Origin: an uncultured Clostridia bacterium
GTDB lineage: Bacteria > Bacillota > Clostridia > Christensenellales > UBA1242
NCBI GenBank assembly: GCA_944377145.1
Contig: CALWEH010000007.1
Location: forward strand, 91,099-155,098
Length of the DNA: 64,000 bases
Direction of reading: 5' to 3'
Each line of letters starts with the position of its first letter. The first letter of the stretch is position 1. Made by a program: the position numbers and the translations under genes. The notes under the pieces are model-generated. The model was not told where the DNA came from. It was given only the letters and a program-made list of their open reading frames with translations, and did not search any database. Of this stretch, positions 35,178 to 45,208 are shown piece by piece.

Positions 35178-36938
35178 ATGGAAGAAAAAGATTTAGAAAA
35201 ACAACAAATGTTTCGTCATAGTATGAGTCACATACTAGCAAAAGCTATTAAAAGTTTATGGAAAGATGCTCATCTTGCTATAGGTCCAGCTATTGATAAT
35301 GGATTTTATTATGATATAGATATGGAGCATGCAATTACTCCAGAAGATTTTGATAAAATTGAAGATAAAATGCGAGAGATTATAAATAATAATGAAGATT
35401 TTAAACGTGTAGAAATTTCAAAAAGTGAAGCATTAGAAAAATTTAGCAACGAGCCTTATAAAATAGAACTTATAAATGATTTACCAGAAAATGAGTTGAT
35501 TACTATGTATTATACTGGTGATGATTTTTACGATTTATGCCGTGGACCTCATGTTGAAAATACTAAATTTTTAAGAGGATTTTCTTATAAAATTAATCGT
35601 GTAAGTGGAGCGTATTGGAGAGGCAATGAAAAAAATAAAATGCTTCAAAGAATATATGTATATGGATTTTTAGATAAAGCAGATTTAAAAGAATGTTTGC
35701 GTTTAGAAGAAGAAGCTAAAGCTAGAGATCATAGAAAATTAGGTAAAGAATTAGAAATCTTTATGTTTAATGATGTGGTAGGAAAAGGTTTACCTATTTG
35801 GCTTCCTAAGGGATTTATATTGCGTAAAACTTTAATTGATTATATTACAGATAAAGAACTTGCTTTAGGATACAAACATGTTGCAACTCCTTCTTTGGCA
35901 AATGTAAATTTATATAAAATTTCAGGGCATTGGGATCATTATAAAGACAGTATGTTCCCATCAATGAAATTAGACGAAGAAGAATATGTATTGCGTCCTA
36001 TGAATTGCCCTCATCACATGATGATTTTTAAAAATTCTATACATTCATATAGAGATTTGCCATTAAGATTAGCAGAAATTGCAAATGATTTTCGTTTTGA
36101 AATAAGTGGATCTTTATGTGGTATTGAGAGAACTAGAGCTTTTACACAAAATGATAGCCATATATTTTGTCGTCCAGATCAAATAAAAGATGAGATAAAA
36201 GGGGTAATGAACCTTATTCTTGATGTATATAAAGATTTTGGATTTAAAAAATATAAAGTTAGATTATCTTTGAGAGATAAAAATAATACAGAAAAATATT
36301 TTGGTAATGATGATTTATGGGAGAAAAGTGAGCAAGCTTTAAGAGATATTTTAAAACAAAGTGGTGTAGAATATTATGAAGAGGAAGGAGAGGCTGCTTT
36401 TTATGGCCCTAAAATTGATGTTCAGGTAGAGTCTGCTATTGGCCATGATATTACATTATCAACTATTCAACTTGATTATCAACTCCCAGAAAGATTTGAA
36501 TTAGAATATATTAACGAACTAGGCGAGAGAGCTCGTCCAATAGTTATTCATAGAGCAATTTTGGGTTCACTTGATAGATTTATTGCTTTTATAATAGAAG
36601 AAACAAAAGGTTTATTCCCAACTTGGCTTGCTCCTGTACAAGTTAAAGTTATTACTGTAAATGAAAAAAATAATGAATATGCACAAACTATAACAAATAA
36701 ATTGCTTGATTTAAATTTAAGAGTAGAACAAGATTTGGACAATGAAAGTGTTGGCAAAAAAATTCGCTTAGCTGTAATGCAAAAAGTTCCATATATTCTA
36801 ATAATTGGTGATAAGGAAATGGCAGATAATACTATATCTGTAAGAAAACGTGGAAGTCAGGAAACTGTTAACATGACTATTGACAATTTTACAAATGAAA
36901 TACTAAATAATATTTCTACTAAAAGTTTAAATTTATAA
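35178..36938 (+). CDS. thrS: Threonyl-tRNA synthetase (no N-terminal TGS domain)
   Basis: Editing-domain FRHSMSHILA, class II motifs (MNCPHHM, FRFE.SG, HRAILGSLDRF), and an anticodon-binding C-terminus. It starts at the editing domain. Confidence 0.95.
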   Translation: MEEKDLEKQQMFRHSMSHILAKAIKSLWKDAHLAIGPAIDNGFYYDIDMEHAITPEDFDKIEDKMREIINNNEDFKRVEISKSEALEKFSNEPYKIELINDLPENELITMYYTGDDFYDLCRGPHVENTKFLRGFSYKINRVSGAYWRGNEKNKMLQRIYVYGFLDKADLKECLRLEEEAKARDHRKLGKELEIFMFNDVVGKGLPIWLPKGFILRKTLIDYITDKELALGYKHVATPSLANVNLYKISGHWDHYKDSMFPSMKLDEEEYVLRPMNCPHHMMIFKNSIHSYRDLPLRLAEIANDFRFEISGSLCGIERTRAFTQNDSHIFCRPDQIKDEIKGVMNLILDVYKDFGFKKYKVRLSLRDKNNTEKYFGNDDLWEKSEQALRDILKQSGVEYYEEEGEAAFYGPKIDVQVESAIGHDITLSTIQLDYQLPERFELEYINELGERARPIVIHRAILGSLDRFIAFIIEETKGLFPTWLAPVQVKVITVNEKNNEYAQTITNKLLDLNLRVEQDLDNESVGKKIRLAVMQKVPYILIIGDKEMADNTISVRKRGSQETVNMTIDNFTNEILNNISTKSLNL

Positions 36939-36984
36939 TATAAAAAACTATTGCAACTAAATTGCAATAGTTTTATTTTATTAT

Positions 36985-37320
36985 TTACCTATTTTTTAAC
37001 TCATTTATTAATTCTGCAATATCTTCACTAGGGACGGAATTTATAATCGATTTAAGAAGATTAGAAATCTTTTTATTTAAAGAATAATTTTTATAATCTT
37101 CAGCAAAAAATTCTTCCGGACTAATATCTAGTGCGTTTATTATATCTAAAATTACAGACATTGGAGGATTAAAGTTTAAACTTTCTAACTTGTTTATATA
37201 GTTATAACTTTTATCAATATCATAACTTAAATTTCTTGCACTAATATTTTTTAAATTCCTGAAATAATTAATTCTTTCAACAATATCTCTAATATTCATC
37301 ATATTTATATTGTTTATCAT
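36985..37320 (-). CDS. XRE-family helix-turn-helix transcriptional regulator
   Basis: HTH_3 pattern (RINYFRNLKNISARNLSYDIDKSYNYINKLE). The start is uncertain: TTG 37347, ATG 37320 or ATG 37299. Confidence 0.65.
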   Translation of the reverse strand: MINNINMMNIRDIVERINYFRNLKNISARNLSYDIDKSYNYINKLESLNFNPPMSVILDIINALDISPEEFFAEDYKNYSLNKKISNLLKSIINSVPSEDIAELINELKNR

Positions 37321-37439
37321 TTTTTTAATTTTATAAGTGCTTGTCAAGTAAATTTTTTATAATTTTGAATAATATTAAGGAAAATAGTTGACTTAACAGG
37401 GGGTATTGTGTATTATAATGAATAAAAAGGAGGAATAAT

Positions 37440-37763
37440 ATGGTACAAGTTTGTACTATTGGAATTGGCTGTAAAGAAAATAGTTTGGGAAAAACTGTAT
37501 CCCAATTTTGTCATTGTATGGAAAAATGTTTAGCAAATAATATTAAAGTTTTTAATGTTTTTACTACAATAGAGTATGCAGAGATTATCTTATCATTATT
37601 AAAGTTTTATCAGATTAAAAATAATAGCATGATGTTTCGTTTAACTAAAAAATTATCTAAAACAGAAATTAAAGAAAATTTTATTATACTTCATTACTCA
37701 GATACAGAACGTGTAAAAAGTTTATGCGAAGATGTAGACAAGCTTAATTTCAATAATGGTTAG
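37440..37763 (+). CDS. Hypothetical Cys-rich 107-aa protein
   Basis: RBS AAAGGAGGAATAATATG. Divergent from the XRE gene. No recognisable motif. Confidence 0.5.
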   Translation: MVQVCTIGIGCKENSLGKTVSQFCHCMEKCLANNIKVFNVFTTIEYAEIILSLLKFYQIKNNSMMFRLTKKLSKTEIKENFIILHYSDTERVKSLCEDVDKLNFNNG

Positions 37764-37853
37764 ATTTTAATTTGAATAATTTAATAAAAGTTTAAGGTTA
37801 TTTGCCTTGACTTTTTTATTTAATATTAATATAATACCTTTTGGGTAGGAGTT

Positions 37854-38522
37854 ATGGAAGTAAAAACAGTTAGAACAAATTGGGCGGATAGAGAGTTAAA
37901 TCAAAATACTCATATAATAATCATTGGAAATAAATGTATAATAGTAGATGCAGGTGCAAGTCTTGAGGATATAATGCCTATAATAGGAAATAGAGAGGTA
38001 GAGGCAATACTTATCACACATGCTCACTATGACCATATATGGCATATTGAAAGTTATGATACAACTTTTTCTTGCCCTATATACATGCATGAAAAAGCTG
38101 ATATATTTTTAAAAAATCCTGAATATAACTTAAGCAAATATTTTGGAGCAAATAAAACATTTAATTTGAATAATGTTCATTATATTAAAGGCAAGGAGAA
38201 CTTGAATATAGCAGGTGTTAATATTCAACCTATTTACACACCAGGGCATAGTGAAGACAGTATGTGCTATTTGTTTGAAGATGGAACATTATTTTCAGGA
38301 GATACAATTTTTGCTAGAGCTGTTGGTAGAACAGATTTAATAACAGGAAATCCTAATAGATTGATTGCTAGTTTAGGGCTATTAATGAAATTAGATTTTA
38401 ATGAAATATATACAGGGCATTTACGCTCTACAAACAAACAAGAACAGGAAAAAAATGTTTCAGTTTGGATAAGGTATATTAAAGCAAATTTATTAAAAAA
38501 ACATTTTGATTATAATAAATAA
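37854..38522 (+). CDS. MBL-fold metallo-hydrolase
   Basis: The HAHYDH motif, plus downstream His/Asp ligands (PGHSEDS, SGDTIF). Confidence 0.85.
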   Translation: MEVKTVRTNWADRELNQNTHIIIIGNKCIIVDAGASLEDIMPIIGNREVEAILITHAHYDHIWHIESYDTTFSCPIYMHEKADIFLKNPEYNLSKYFGANKTFNLNNVHYIKGKENLNIAGVNIQPIYTPGHSEDSMCYLFEDGTLFSGDTIFARAVGRTDLITGNPNRLIASLGLLMKLDFNEIYTGHLRSTNKQEQEKNVSVWIRYIKANLLKKHFDYNK

Positions 38523-38579
38523 TAAAAAAAATTAAAAAAAATAATTGACATACATGTAAGTTTGTGATATATTATAAGT

Positions 38580-38694
38580 ATTAAGTAGGAGGTCCACTTC
38601 TCACCCTGAAGCCAATAATGCGACAGAGGTATTAAAAATTTTAAATAATTTTTATTGAGGTGTGGGTTCTTTTATGTAAAGAAGCCATTTTTTA
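38580..38694 (+). promoter_or_regulatory. L20-type leader/attenuator upstream of infC-rpmI-rplT
   Basis: Promoter TTGACA-N17-TATATT at 38546, a structured GC-richer leader, and a terminator-like hairpin GGTTCTTT..AAAGAAGCC-T6 at about 38666-38695. Position matches Firmicutes L20 leaders. Confidence 0.55.
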
Positions 38695-39221
38695 TGGCAC
38701 GGAGGTTTATTATAAAAGAGTTACAAAGAAACGAGCAAATCGTTGAAAATCAAGTTCGCTTAATTGGCCCTGAAGGAGAGCAATTAGGCATAGTTAGTAG
38801 TGCTGAAGCTAATATTAAAGCTAGGCAATATGGTTTAGATCTTGTAATGATTTCACCAGATGCAAAGCCAGCTGTATGTAAAATTATGGATTATGGCAAG
38901 CATAGATTTGATCAAATGAAAAAGATGAAAGATCAAAAGAAAAATCAAAAATTAGCTAAATTAAAAGAAATGTCTTTATCTATGACTATTGGTGACCATG
39001 ATTTACAAACTAAAGCTAATCAAGTTAGCAAGTTTTTGCAAGATGGAAGTAAGGTTAAAGTTAACATACGAATGTCTGGCAGAATGATGTCTCGTCCTCA
39101 ACAGGGAATTGATGTTATGAATAAATTTGCTGACATGTTGAAAGATTTGGGCTCAGTAGACAAACAGCCAGAAGTGTCAGGAAGAAATATCTTTATGTAT
39201 ATAGTACCTATAAAAAAATAA
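38694..39221 (+). CDS. infC: Translation initiation factor IF-3
   Basis: ..NEQIVENQVRLIGPEGEQLGIV.., KPAVCKIMDYGK. The start is uncertain because infC often uses AUU/AUA (candidates at about 38709-38714). Confidence 0.9.
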   Translation: MARRFIIKELQRNEQIVENQVRLIGPEGEQLGIVSSAEANIKARQYGLDLVMISPDAKPAVCKIMDYGKHRFDQMKKMKDQKKNQKLAKLKEMSLSMTIGDHDLQTKANQVSKFLQDGSKVKVNIRMSGRMMSRPQQGIDVMNKFADMLKDLGSVDKQPEVSGRNIFMYIVPIKK

Positions 39222-39235
39222 AAAGGAGAATATTT

Positions 39236-39433
39236 ATGCCAAAAATTAAAACAAGAAAAGCAGCTGCAAAGCGTTTTACAGTTAATTCAAATGGAACTAT
39301 TAAACATGCTCACTGCAATAAAAATCACATCTTAGCTAAGAAAACTAGAAAAAGAAAAAGATATTTGCGTTCTACAGGATATGTACATCAATCAGATGCA
39401 AAAAATGTAAAAGCAATGTTGGGACAAAAGTAG
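39236..39433 (+). CDS. rpmI: 50S ribosomal protein L35
   Basis: MPKIKTRKAAAKRF signature. Confidence 0.95.
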   Translation: MPKIKTRKAAAKRFTVNSNGTIKHAHCNKNHILAKKTRKRKRYLRSTGYVHQSDAKNVKAMLGQK

Positions 39434-39443
39434 GAGGTAAGAT

Positions 39444-39791
39444 ATGAGAATTAAAAGAAGTGTAAATGCTCTAAAGAAAAGAAGAGCAATTTTAAAACAA
39501 GCAAAGGGTTATCGTGGTGCTAAGAGCAAGCTTTATAGAGTAGCTCGTCAGGCAGTTATGAAATCAGGTCAATATGCTTATGTTGGAAGAAAGTTAAGAA
39601 AAAGAGATATGAGAAGACTTTGGATTTCTCGTATTAACGCAGCTTGTCGTACAAATGGTTTGACTTACAGCGTATTTATTAACGGACTTAAAACAAATAA
39701 TATCAACTTAAATCGTAAAGTTTTAGCTGATATGGCTGTAAATGATGTCGCAAGTTTTAATAAACTTTGTGATACAATTAAATCAAAATAA
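39444..39791 (+). CDS. rplT: 50S ribosomal protein L20
   Basis: KGYRGAKSKLYRVA..YAYVGRKLRKRDMRRLWI.RINAA. Confidence 0.95.
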   Translation: MRIKRSVNALKKRRAILKQAKGYRGAKSKLYRVARQAVMKSGQYAYVGRKLRKRDMRRLWISRINAACRTNGLTYSVFINGLKTNNINLNRKVLADMAVNDVASFNKLCDTIKSK

Positions 39792-39969
39792 GTGTTTAGA
39801 CATATTTCTTAAAAAAATACCATAATTCTTTGTAATTTGTGGTATTTTTTTACTCTTTATCATATATTGAAATGTATAATAAAAATTGCCGATTATTTTT
39901 ATAATATATTCGGCTTATTTTAATTATTTGATATATTAAATATCTTAATTAATAAAAGGAGGGATTGAA

Positions 39970-40185
39970 ATGAAAGATGTTGTATTTAATGGAAATATTG
40001 CGTATGCTAAAATTGATAGCTCTAATACATTAATTAAACAATTAATTAAAAAATATGAATATCCTGCATATTCTTTTGATATTATTTTTAATGATATAGA
40101 TGAGAAAGCTGAAGATGTCCATGACAATAGCTTTTGGCAACGTGTTCCAGAATTAGATAAAACTGAAGACAATGTAGAAAAGTAA
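39970..40185 (+). CDS. Hypothetical 71-aa acidic protein
   Basis: RBS AAAGGAGGG. A terminator GTCGGGGCTAACCCGAT-T6 follows directly after the stop. Confidence 0.5.
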   Translation: MKDVVFNGNIAYAKIDSSNTLIKQLIKKYEYPAYSFDIIFNDIDEKAEDVHDNSFWQRVPELDKTEDNVEK

Positions 40186-40426
40186 TAGTCGGGGCTAACC
40201 CGATTTTTTATTTGAATTAATATAATTTGTAAAGGAAACAATTAGATTTAAATTTGTAAAAAATTACATAAATCGACAAAATTATATTAATTTATAAAAA
40301 GAATAAAAAATATAAATTTATTTTGTAATTCCAATTTTATTATACTCAATAATGTAAAAATAGTAAATTATATCTATTTGCTTTACAATTTAGTGTATTT
40401 ATGATAATATTTATTTGAGGTAATTT

Positions 40427-40834
40427 ATGAAGGCAATGGGGATTGATTATGGAGAGGCAAGAATAGGTATTGCTTTATCTGATTTACTTAAAATGCTAGC
40501 TTCGCCCTATGATACTTATTTTGTAAAACATTCCAAAGAAGATATTGAATACTTTGTTAATTTAATAAAGCGTGAAAATGTAGATACTTTAGTGGTTGGT
40601 TTACCTTATAATACAAAGGGAGAGGAACAAGAAATTGCAAAAAAAGCTAGAACGTTTGCAAACGAACTATCAGCTGCAAGTAAATGTAAACTTGTGTTTG
40701 TAGATGAAAGAATGTCCTCTGTAGTGGCGGAAGATATTTTAAAACAAAAATATAAAGATTGGCGAGAAAGAAAAAAGAATTTAGATAAAGTGTCTGCAAT
40801 GGTAATATTGCAAGATTATCTGGATACATTATAA
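40427..40834 (+). CDS. ruvX: Putative pre-16S rRNA nuclease / Holliday-junction-resolvase-like RuvX (YqgF)
   Basis: MGIDYGEARIGIALSD N-terminus and DERMSS. Confidence 0.9.
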   Translation: MKAMGIDYGEARIGIALSDLLKMLASPYDTYFVKHSKEDIEYFVNLIKRENVDTLVVGLPYNTKGEEQEIAKKARTFANELSAASKCKLVFVDERMSSVVAEDILKQKYKDWRERKKNLDKVSAMVILQDYLDTL

Positions 40835-40850
40835 AAATAAGGAGTAAAAA

Positions 40851-41177
40851 ATGAAAGAAAATAAAGAGTTAAATCCAATTAAGCAAATTTTGGACGAAAA
40901 TAATGTAGATAATATAACATTGTATAATGAAGCTAATGAACCTTTTGAATTTGAACAAATAGCTATAATTCCTTTAGGAGAGGGAGATGAACAAAAATTG
41001 TATGCAATATTACTTCCTGTTACTCCTTTAGCTGGAATTGAAGAAGATGAAGCTGTGGTTTTTGAGGTTAATGAAGATGAAAATAGCATCAAAAATTGTG
41101 AAGATGAAACAATTATTGATAAAGTGTTAGTTGAATATGAAAAGCTTTTAGCTGAAAATGATAAAAGTGGAGAATAA
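40851..41177 (+). CDS. DUF1292 family protein (YrzB-like)
   Basis: An acidic protein of about 100 aa directly after ruvX, as in Bacillus yrrK-yrzB. Contains the pattern ITLYNEANEPFEFE. Confidence 0.7.
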   Translation: MKENKELNPIKQILDENNVDNITLYNEANEPFEFEQIAIIPLGEGDEQKLYAILLPVTPLAGIEEDEAVVFEVNEDENSIKNCEDETIIDKVLVEYEKLLAENDKSGE

Positions 41178-41429
41178 TAAATTTATCAATTTTAATAGTT
41201 AATGTACATTTTAATTGCTTTTTGTAAATTTATTATATATAAACTATTGACATAAAATTAATTATTTGATATATTAAATATGTGTAATAGCCTGTTTTTT
41301 TAATGGCAAATTACCTGTTTCAAAAATAAGCACTTGTAAATATTTTTTATCTGTTGCCTAGAATTTATTATAGGTGGATAAAAGAGATGACTTTACAAGG
41401 AAGACTAAAAACAAGGAGGAAAATATAAA

Positions 41430-42242
41430 ATGTCTGTTATTTCAATGAAACAATTACTTGAAGCTGGAGTCCATTTTGGACATCAAACAAAAAAATGGAA
41501 TCCAAAAATGAGAAAATATATCTTTACAGATAGAAATGGTATTCATATTATTAATTTAGAGGATACTGCAAAGCAAATAGATAAAGCTTATTTGTTTATC
41601 AAGGAAAAAGTTGCTCAAGGAGCTAGCGTGTTGTTTGTAGGAACAAAAAAGCAAGCAAGTGAAACTATTATGCAAGAAGCTGAACGAGCAGGAATGTTTT
41701 ATGTAAACAATCGTTGGTTGGGCGGAACTCTTACTAATTTTAGCACTATTCGTACTCGTATTGAACGTATGAATAAATTAAATAGTATGGAACAAATGGG
41801 TGATTTTGATTTATTGCCAAAGAAAGAAGTTATTAAACTTAAAGCTGAACGTGATAAATTGCAAAACAATTTGTTAGGAATTAAAGATATGTCTACTCTT
41901 CCAGGATTAATTATTTTAGTTGATCCTAAGAATGAACATATTTGTGTTAAAGAAGCTAAACGTTTGGGAATTCCTGTTGTGGGAATTGTAGATACAAACT
42001 GCGATCCTGATGATGTTGATGTATGTATTCCAGCAAATGATGATGCTATTAGATCTGTAAAATTAATCCTTAATGCTTTAGCTGATGCTGTTATTGAGGG
42101 TAGAGATGGCGTTGTTCTTCGTGATATGAATGCAAGTGATGATGATGTTTCTATGGACGCTGTAGTAAAATCTACAGTTACAAATAAAGTTGCTGATGAA
42201 AAAGAAGAAACTGCTGATGAAAAAGTAGAAGAAGATAAATAA
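41430..42242 (+). CDS. rpsB: 30S ribosomal protein S2
   Basis: [19 protein letters not shown] and DTNCDPD. Confidence 0.97.
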   Translation: MSVISMKQLLEAGVHFGHQTKKWNPKMRKYIFTDRNGIHIINLEDTAKQIDKAYLFIKEKVAQGASVLFVGTKKQASETIMQEAERAGMFYVNNRWLGGTLTNFSTIRTRIERMNKLNSMEQMGDFDLLPKKEVIKLKAERDKLQNNLLGIKDMSTLPGLIILVDPKNEHICVKEAKRLGIPVVGIVDTNCDPDDVDVCIPANDDAIRSVKLILNALADAVIEGRDGVVLRDMNASDDDVSMDAVVKSTVTNKVADEKEETADEKVEEDK

Positions 42243-42256
42243 TTGGGGGATATTGT

Positions 42257-42928
42257 ATGGAAATTACTGCAAAAATGGTTGCTGAACTTCGTCAAATGAC
42301 AGGTGTAGGCATGATGGAATGTAAAAAAGCTTTAACTGAAGCTAATGGAGATATGGATAAAGCTGTAAAGATTCTTAGCGAGCAGGGTAAGGCTAAAGTG
42401 GCTAAAAAAGCTGGTCGTATTGCTGCAGAAGGTGTAATAGGGTATTATGATCACATGAATGCTCATCAAAAGTTCGCTATGGTTGAACTTAACTGTGAAA
42501 CAGATTTTGCTGCTAAAAATCCTCAACTTTTTACTACTGCTAAAGATTTAGCTATGCAAACAGTGGCTACTAATCCTATGGCTATTAGACCTGAAGATTT
42601 GCCTGCTAGTTATATAGAAGAGCAAAAAGCTTTATTTATGGCCCAACTTAAAAATGATGCTAAAAATGCTAATAAACCTGAAGCTGTATTAGAAAAAATT
42701 ATAGAAGGTAAATTAAATAAGCATTTTGAAGAAGTATGTTTATTAAATCAGCCTTTTATTAAAGATCCAGATAAAAAAGTTCAAGATGTGATTAATGATT
42801 TAACTCTTGTTACTGGAGAAAAAATTACAGTGCGTAGATTCGTTCGTTGGGAAGTTGGCGAAGGATTAGAAAAACGTTCAGATGATTTTGCGGCTGAAGT
42901 AGCAGCTCAAGTTAATGGAAATATATAA
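42257..42928 (+). CDS. tsf: Elongation factor Ts (short form)
   Basis: [27 protein letters not shown]-like N-terminus. Follows rpsB. Confidence 0.93.
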   Translation: MEITAKMVAELRQMTGVGMMECKKALTEANGDMDKAVKILSEQGKAKVAKKAGRIAAEGVIGYYDHMNAHQKFAMVELNCETDFAAKNPQLFTTAKDLAMQTVATNPMAIRPEDLPASYIEEQKALFMAQLKNDAKNANKPEAVLEKIIEGKLNKHFEEVCLLNQPFIKDPDKKVQDVINDLTLVTGEKITVRRFVRWEVGEGLEKRSDDFAAEVAAQVNGNI

Positions 42929-42961
42929 TATAAAAAAAACAAGCATAAAATTGCTTGTTTT

Positions 42962-43735
42962 TTATGTCATTTCAATATGCATTTGCTTTGCACAAGCTAT
43001 TGCTAATGGAATCATGTGATGCCTTATAGCTAATTCATAATCTCTTAAATGACGAGGATCCCAATAATCACTATCAAGATTATCTGCTGAATAAAAAAGT
43101 TGACCAAAGTTTACTTTTCTAAACTTAGCTACAGCTATCATGGCTGAACACTCCATATCTACAACTCTGCACCCCATTTCTTTACGGCGTTTAACTTTTG
43201 ATTTTGTTTCTCTATAAAAAGCATCATTAGTCCAGGTTTTAGCTTTAATAAAAGATTGTTCACGCTGTTTTAATACTTTTTCTAATATTTTTACAACTCT
43301 AGCATTCATTCTAAGTTCATCATTTTTAGGATAATAATGATAGCTTGTTCCTTCATCTCTAACAGCTTCATGAGGTATTATAATTGAAAATTCTTCAATA
43401 GATTTGTCTAAGCAACCACAAGAACCTATTAATATTAGATTTTTCACTCCTAAAGCAATCATTTCTTCAAATTGCAGAGCACATGCTGGAGCACCAATCA
43501 TTGATTGATAAACTGCAATACTTATTCCATCTTCAGTAATTTTATAAATAGGCCAACTGCCAGAACTATGCGATAATTCTGCAATTTTTTTAGGATTATA
43601 AAGTTCAACAAATTTTTCCATCAAAGCTTTTGAAAAAAAAGATACTGCACAGCAAGGAAAATCTTTTATATATCCTATAGAATTTTTTGGATTAATAACT
43701 GAAATAACTTCATTATCAAATTCATCTAAAATCAT
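42962..43735 (-). CDS. Nucleoside phosphorylase (PNP/UDP family)
   Basis: PNP_UDP_1-like pattern (LILIGSCGCL, VVDMECSAM). Confidence 0.75.
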   Translation of the reverse strand: MILDEFDNEVISVINPKNSIGYIKDFPCCAVSFFSKALMEKFVELYNPKKIAELSHSSGSWPIYKITEDGISIAVYQSMIGAPACALQFEEMIALGVKNLILIGSCGCLDKSIEEFSIIIPHEAVRDEGTSYHYYPKNDELRMNARVVKILEKVLKQREQSFIKAKTWTNDAFYRETKSKVKRRKEMGCRVVDMECSAMIAVAKFRKVNFGQLFYSADNLDSDYWDPRHLRDYELAIRHHMIPLAIACAKQMHIEMT

Positions 43736-43870
43736 ATTAATTTCCTAAATTTTACATAATATTATATTTATTATACGTAAAATATTGTGAAATAGCAATT
43801 ATTTTCACCATTTTTATCAAACTGTTTGACAAAGATATAATTATTAGTGTAATATAATTATAAGTTATAA

Positions 43871-44410
43871 ATGGGGAGATTTGGGGTGGAAGAATATACA
43901 TATAATGCAGGTCATTTAAACTTGCTTAAAAAATCTGGAGTTTTAAAATTAATTTTTTCATTTATTTTTTGCCTAATAATAATATTACAAGCTTTAGCAT
44001 GGTTGATAGTATGGAGTAAAGATATGTCCTTTACTACTACAGATACTGTATTTGTGGCTATTACAATATTAGGTTGTTTAGCTATGCTTGTATCGCAAAT
44101 ATATTTTTATAGACATAATCAAACAATAACTGAACATGTAAAAATTGAGGGAAGTTATACTACAAAACGTTTAAAATTTAAATTCTCTCAAAAATCTTCT
44201 TGGAGTTGGGGATATTTAGTTTTAACTAATATTATTACAATAGTTTTTGTAATTTTATTAGGAATAATGGTTGTAAATTTTATTCAAAATTATGTAAATT
44301 GGGGTAGAATAATACTAAAGATGCCTTTAATGTTATTTTTAGCTGTAGCATCTTTACAAGTATCAGCAAACCTTAGATATGAATCGTTATTGGAAAAATC
44401 AAAATTATAA
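43871..44410 (+). CDS. Hypothetical membrane protein (4 TM)
   Basis: ORF with hydrophobic segments, followed by the terminator AAGGGTGTAACCCTT-T6. Confidence 0.5.
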   Translation: MGRFGVEEYTYNAGHLNLLKKSGVLKLIFSFIFCLIIILQALAWLIVWSKDMSFTTTDTVFVAITILGCLAMLVSQIYFYRHNQTITEHVKIEGSYTTKRLKFKFSQKSSWSWGYLVLTNIITIVFVILLGIMVVNFIQNYVNWGRIILKMPLMLFLAVASLQVSANLRYESLLEKSKL

Positions 44411-44491
44411 AAAAATAAGGGTGTAACCCTTATTTTTTATTAGTATAATATTTTTTAAGATTTAAAAATTAAATTTTTAACAAAGCAAATA

Positions 44492-45028
44492 CTAATCTTC
44501 AATTATTTTAGCATAAACATGTTCAAATATACTTGGAGCTAATTCTCGCCACTTTTTGCATGCAACAATAGCATTATGTCTAGTATCTGTTTTTATAGAT
44601 ATATCAAAAATTGAATCTGTAGTAAGAGGTTCTAGAATTCTAAGGTCTACAGTATATGAACCATCAATATTTTTATAGTATTTTCCAATATATTCTTGAT
44701 TTCTTTTAAAATGCAACTTGTTTTCTGAGGCAAATTTAGAGATTGAGTTACGCAAACTTGCTGGAATTTTAGTAAAAAATTGTGATAAACATTCTCTTCC
44801 AGCAACAGTAATATTATACCTACTTTCATTATTGCTGGTATTTGGTTTGTAAATAAACTTGGCATTTAATAATTGGTATAATAAATCTTTACAATCCATA
44901 TAATTTATCCAATTATTTTGACTAGAGCATATTTCTAGTATAGAAATTTCTGTAAGAGGAATTTCCATCTTATCAAGAACAAATAATAATATCAATTTAT
45001 TCACGGTATTGTCTGCTACGAAATCCAT
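44492..45028 (-). CDS. DUF4364 family putative transcriptional regulator
   Basis: N-terminus NKLILLFVLDKMEIPLTEISILE is typical of clostridial DUF4364 proteins. I prefer the start at MDFVADN. Confidence 0.6.
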   Translation of the reverse strand: MDFVADNTVNKLILLFVLDKMEIPLTEISILEICSSQNNWINYMDCKDLLYQLLNAKFIYKPNTSNNESRYNITVAGRECLSQFFTKIPASLRNSISKFASENKLHFKRNQEYIGKYYKNIDGSYTVDLRILEPLTTDSIFDISIKTDTRHNAIVACKKWRELAPSIFEHVYAKIIED

Positions 45029-45208
45029 AATAACCTCATATTTATAAAATATGATACCAAAAATACAGTGTTTTGACAAGAGTTTTTAACTATTTTAATC
45101 AAATTAATAAAAATATATTAATTTAGAATAATAAAAATTTACATTATTTGATTGATTTTTATAATTTTGTTTTGCTATACTAAAAATATCTAAGGAAAGG
45201 GGAATGGT

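Noticed and set aside
39889-39918. Small hairpin GCCGA..TCGGC followed by TTATTTT, considered as a terminator or attenuator
   Set aside because: The stem is only 5 bp with a 17-nt AT loop and a weak U-tract. The rplT terminator is already present at about 39820-39851.
40829-41092. 87-aa minus-strand ORF
   Set aside because: It is antisense to the DUF1292 gene, with a Ser-rich low-complexity translation, so it is a shadow ORF.
41699-42295. 198-aa minus-strand ORF
   Set aside because: It lies entirely antisense to the highly conserved rpsB and the start of tsf. The translation is low-complexity and Ser/Thr/Phe-rich, with no RBS, so it is a shadow ORF.
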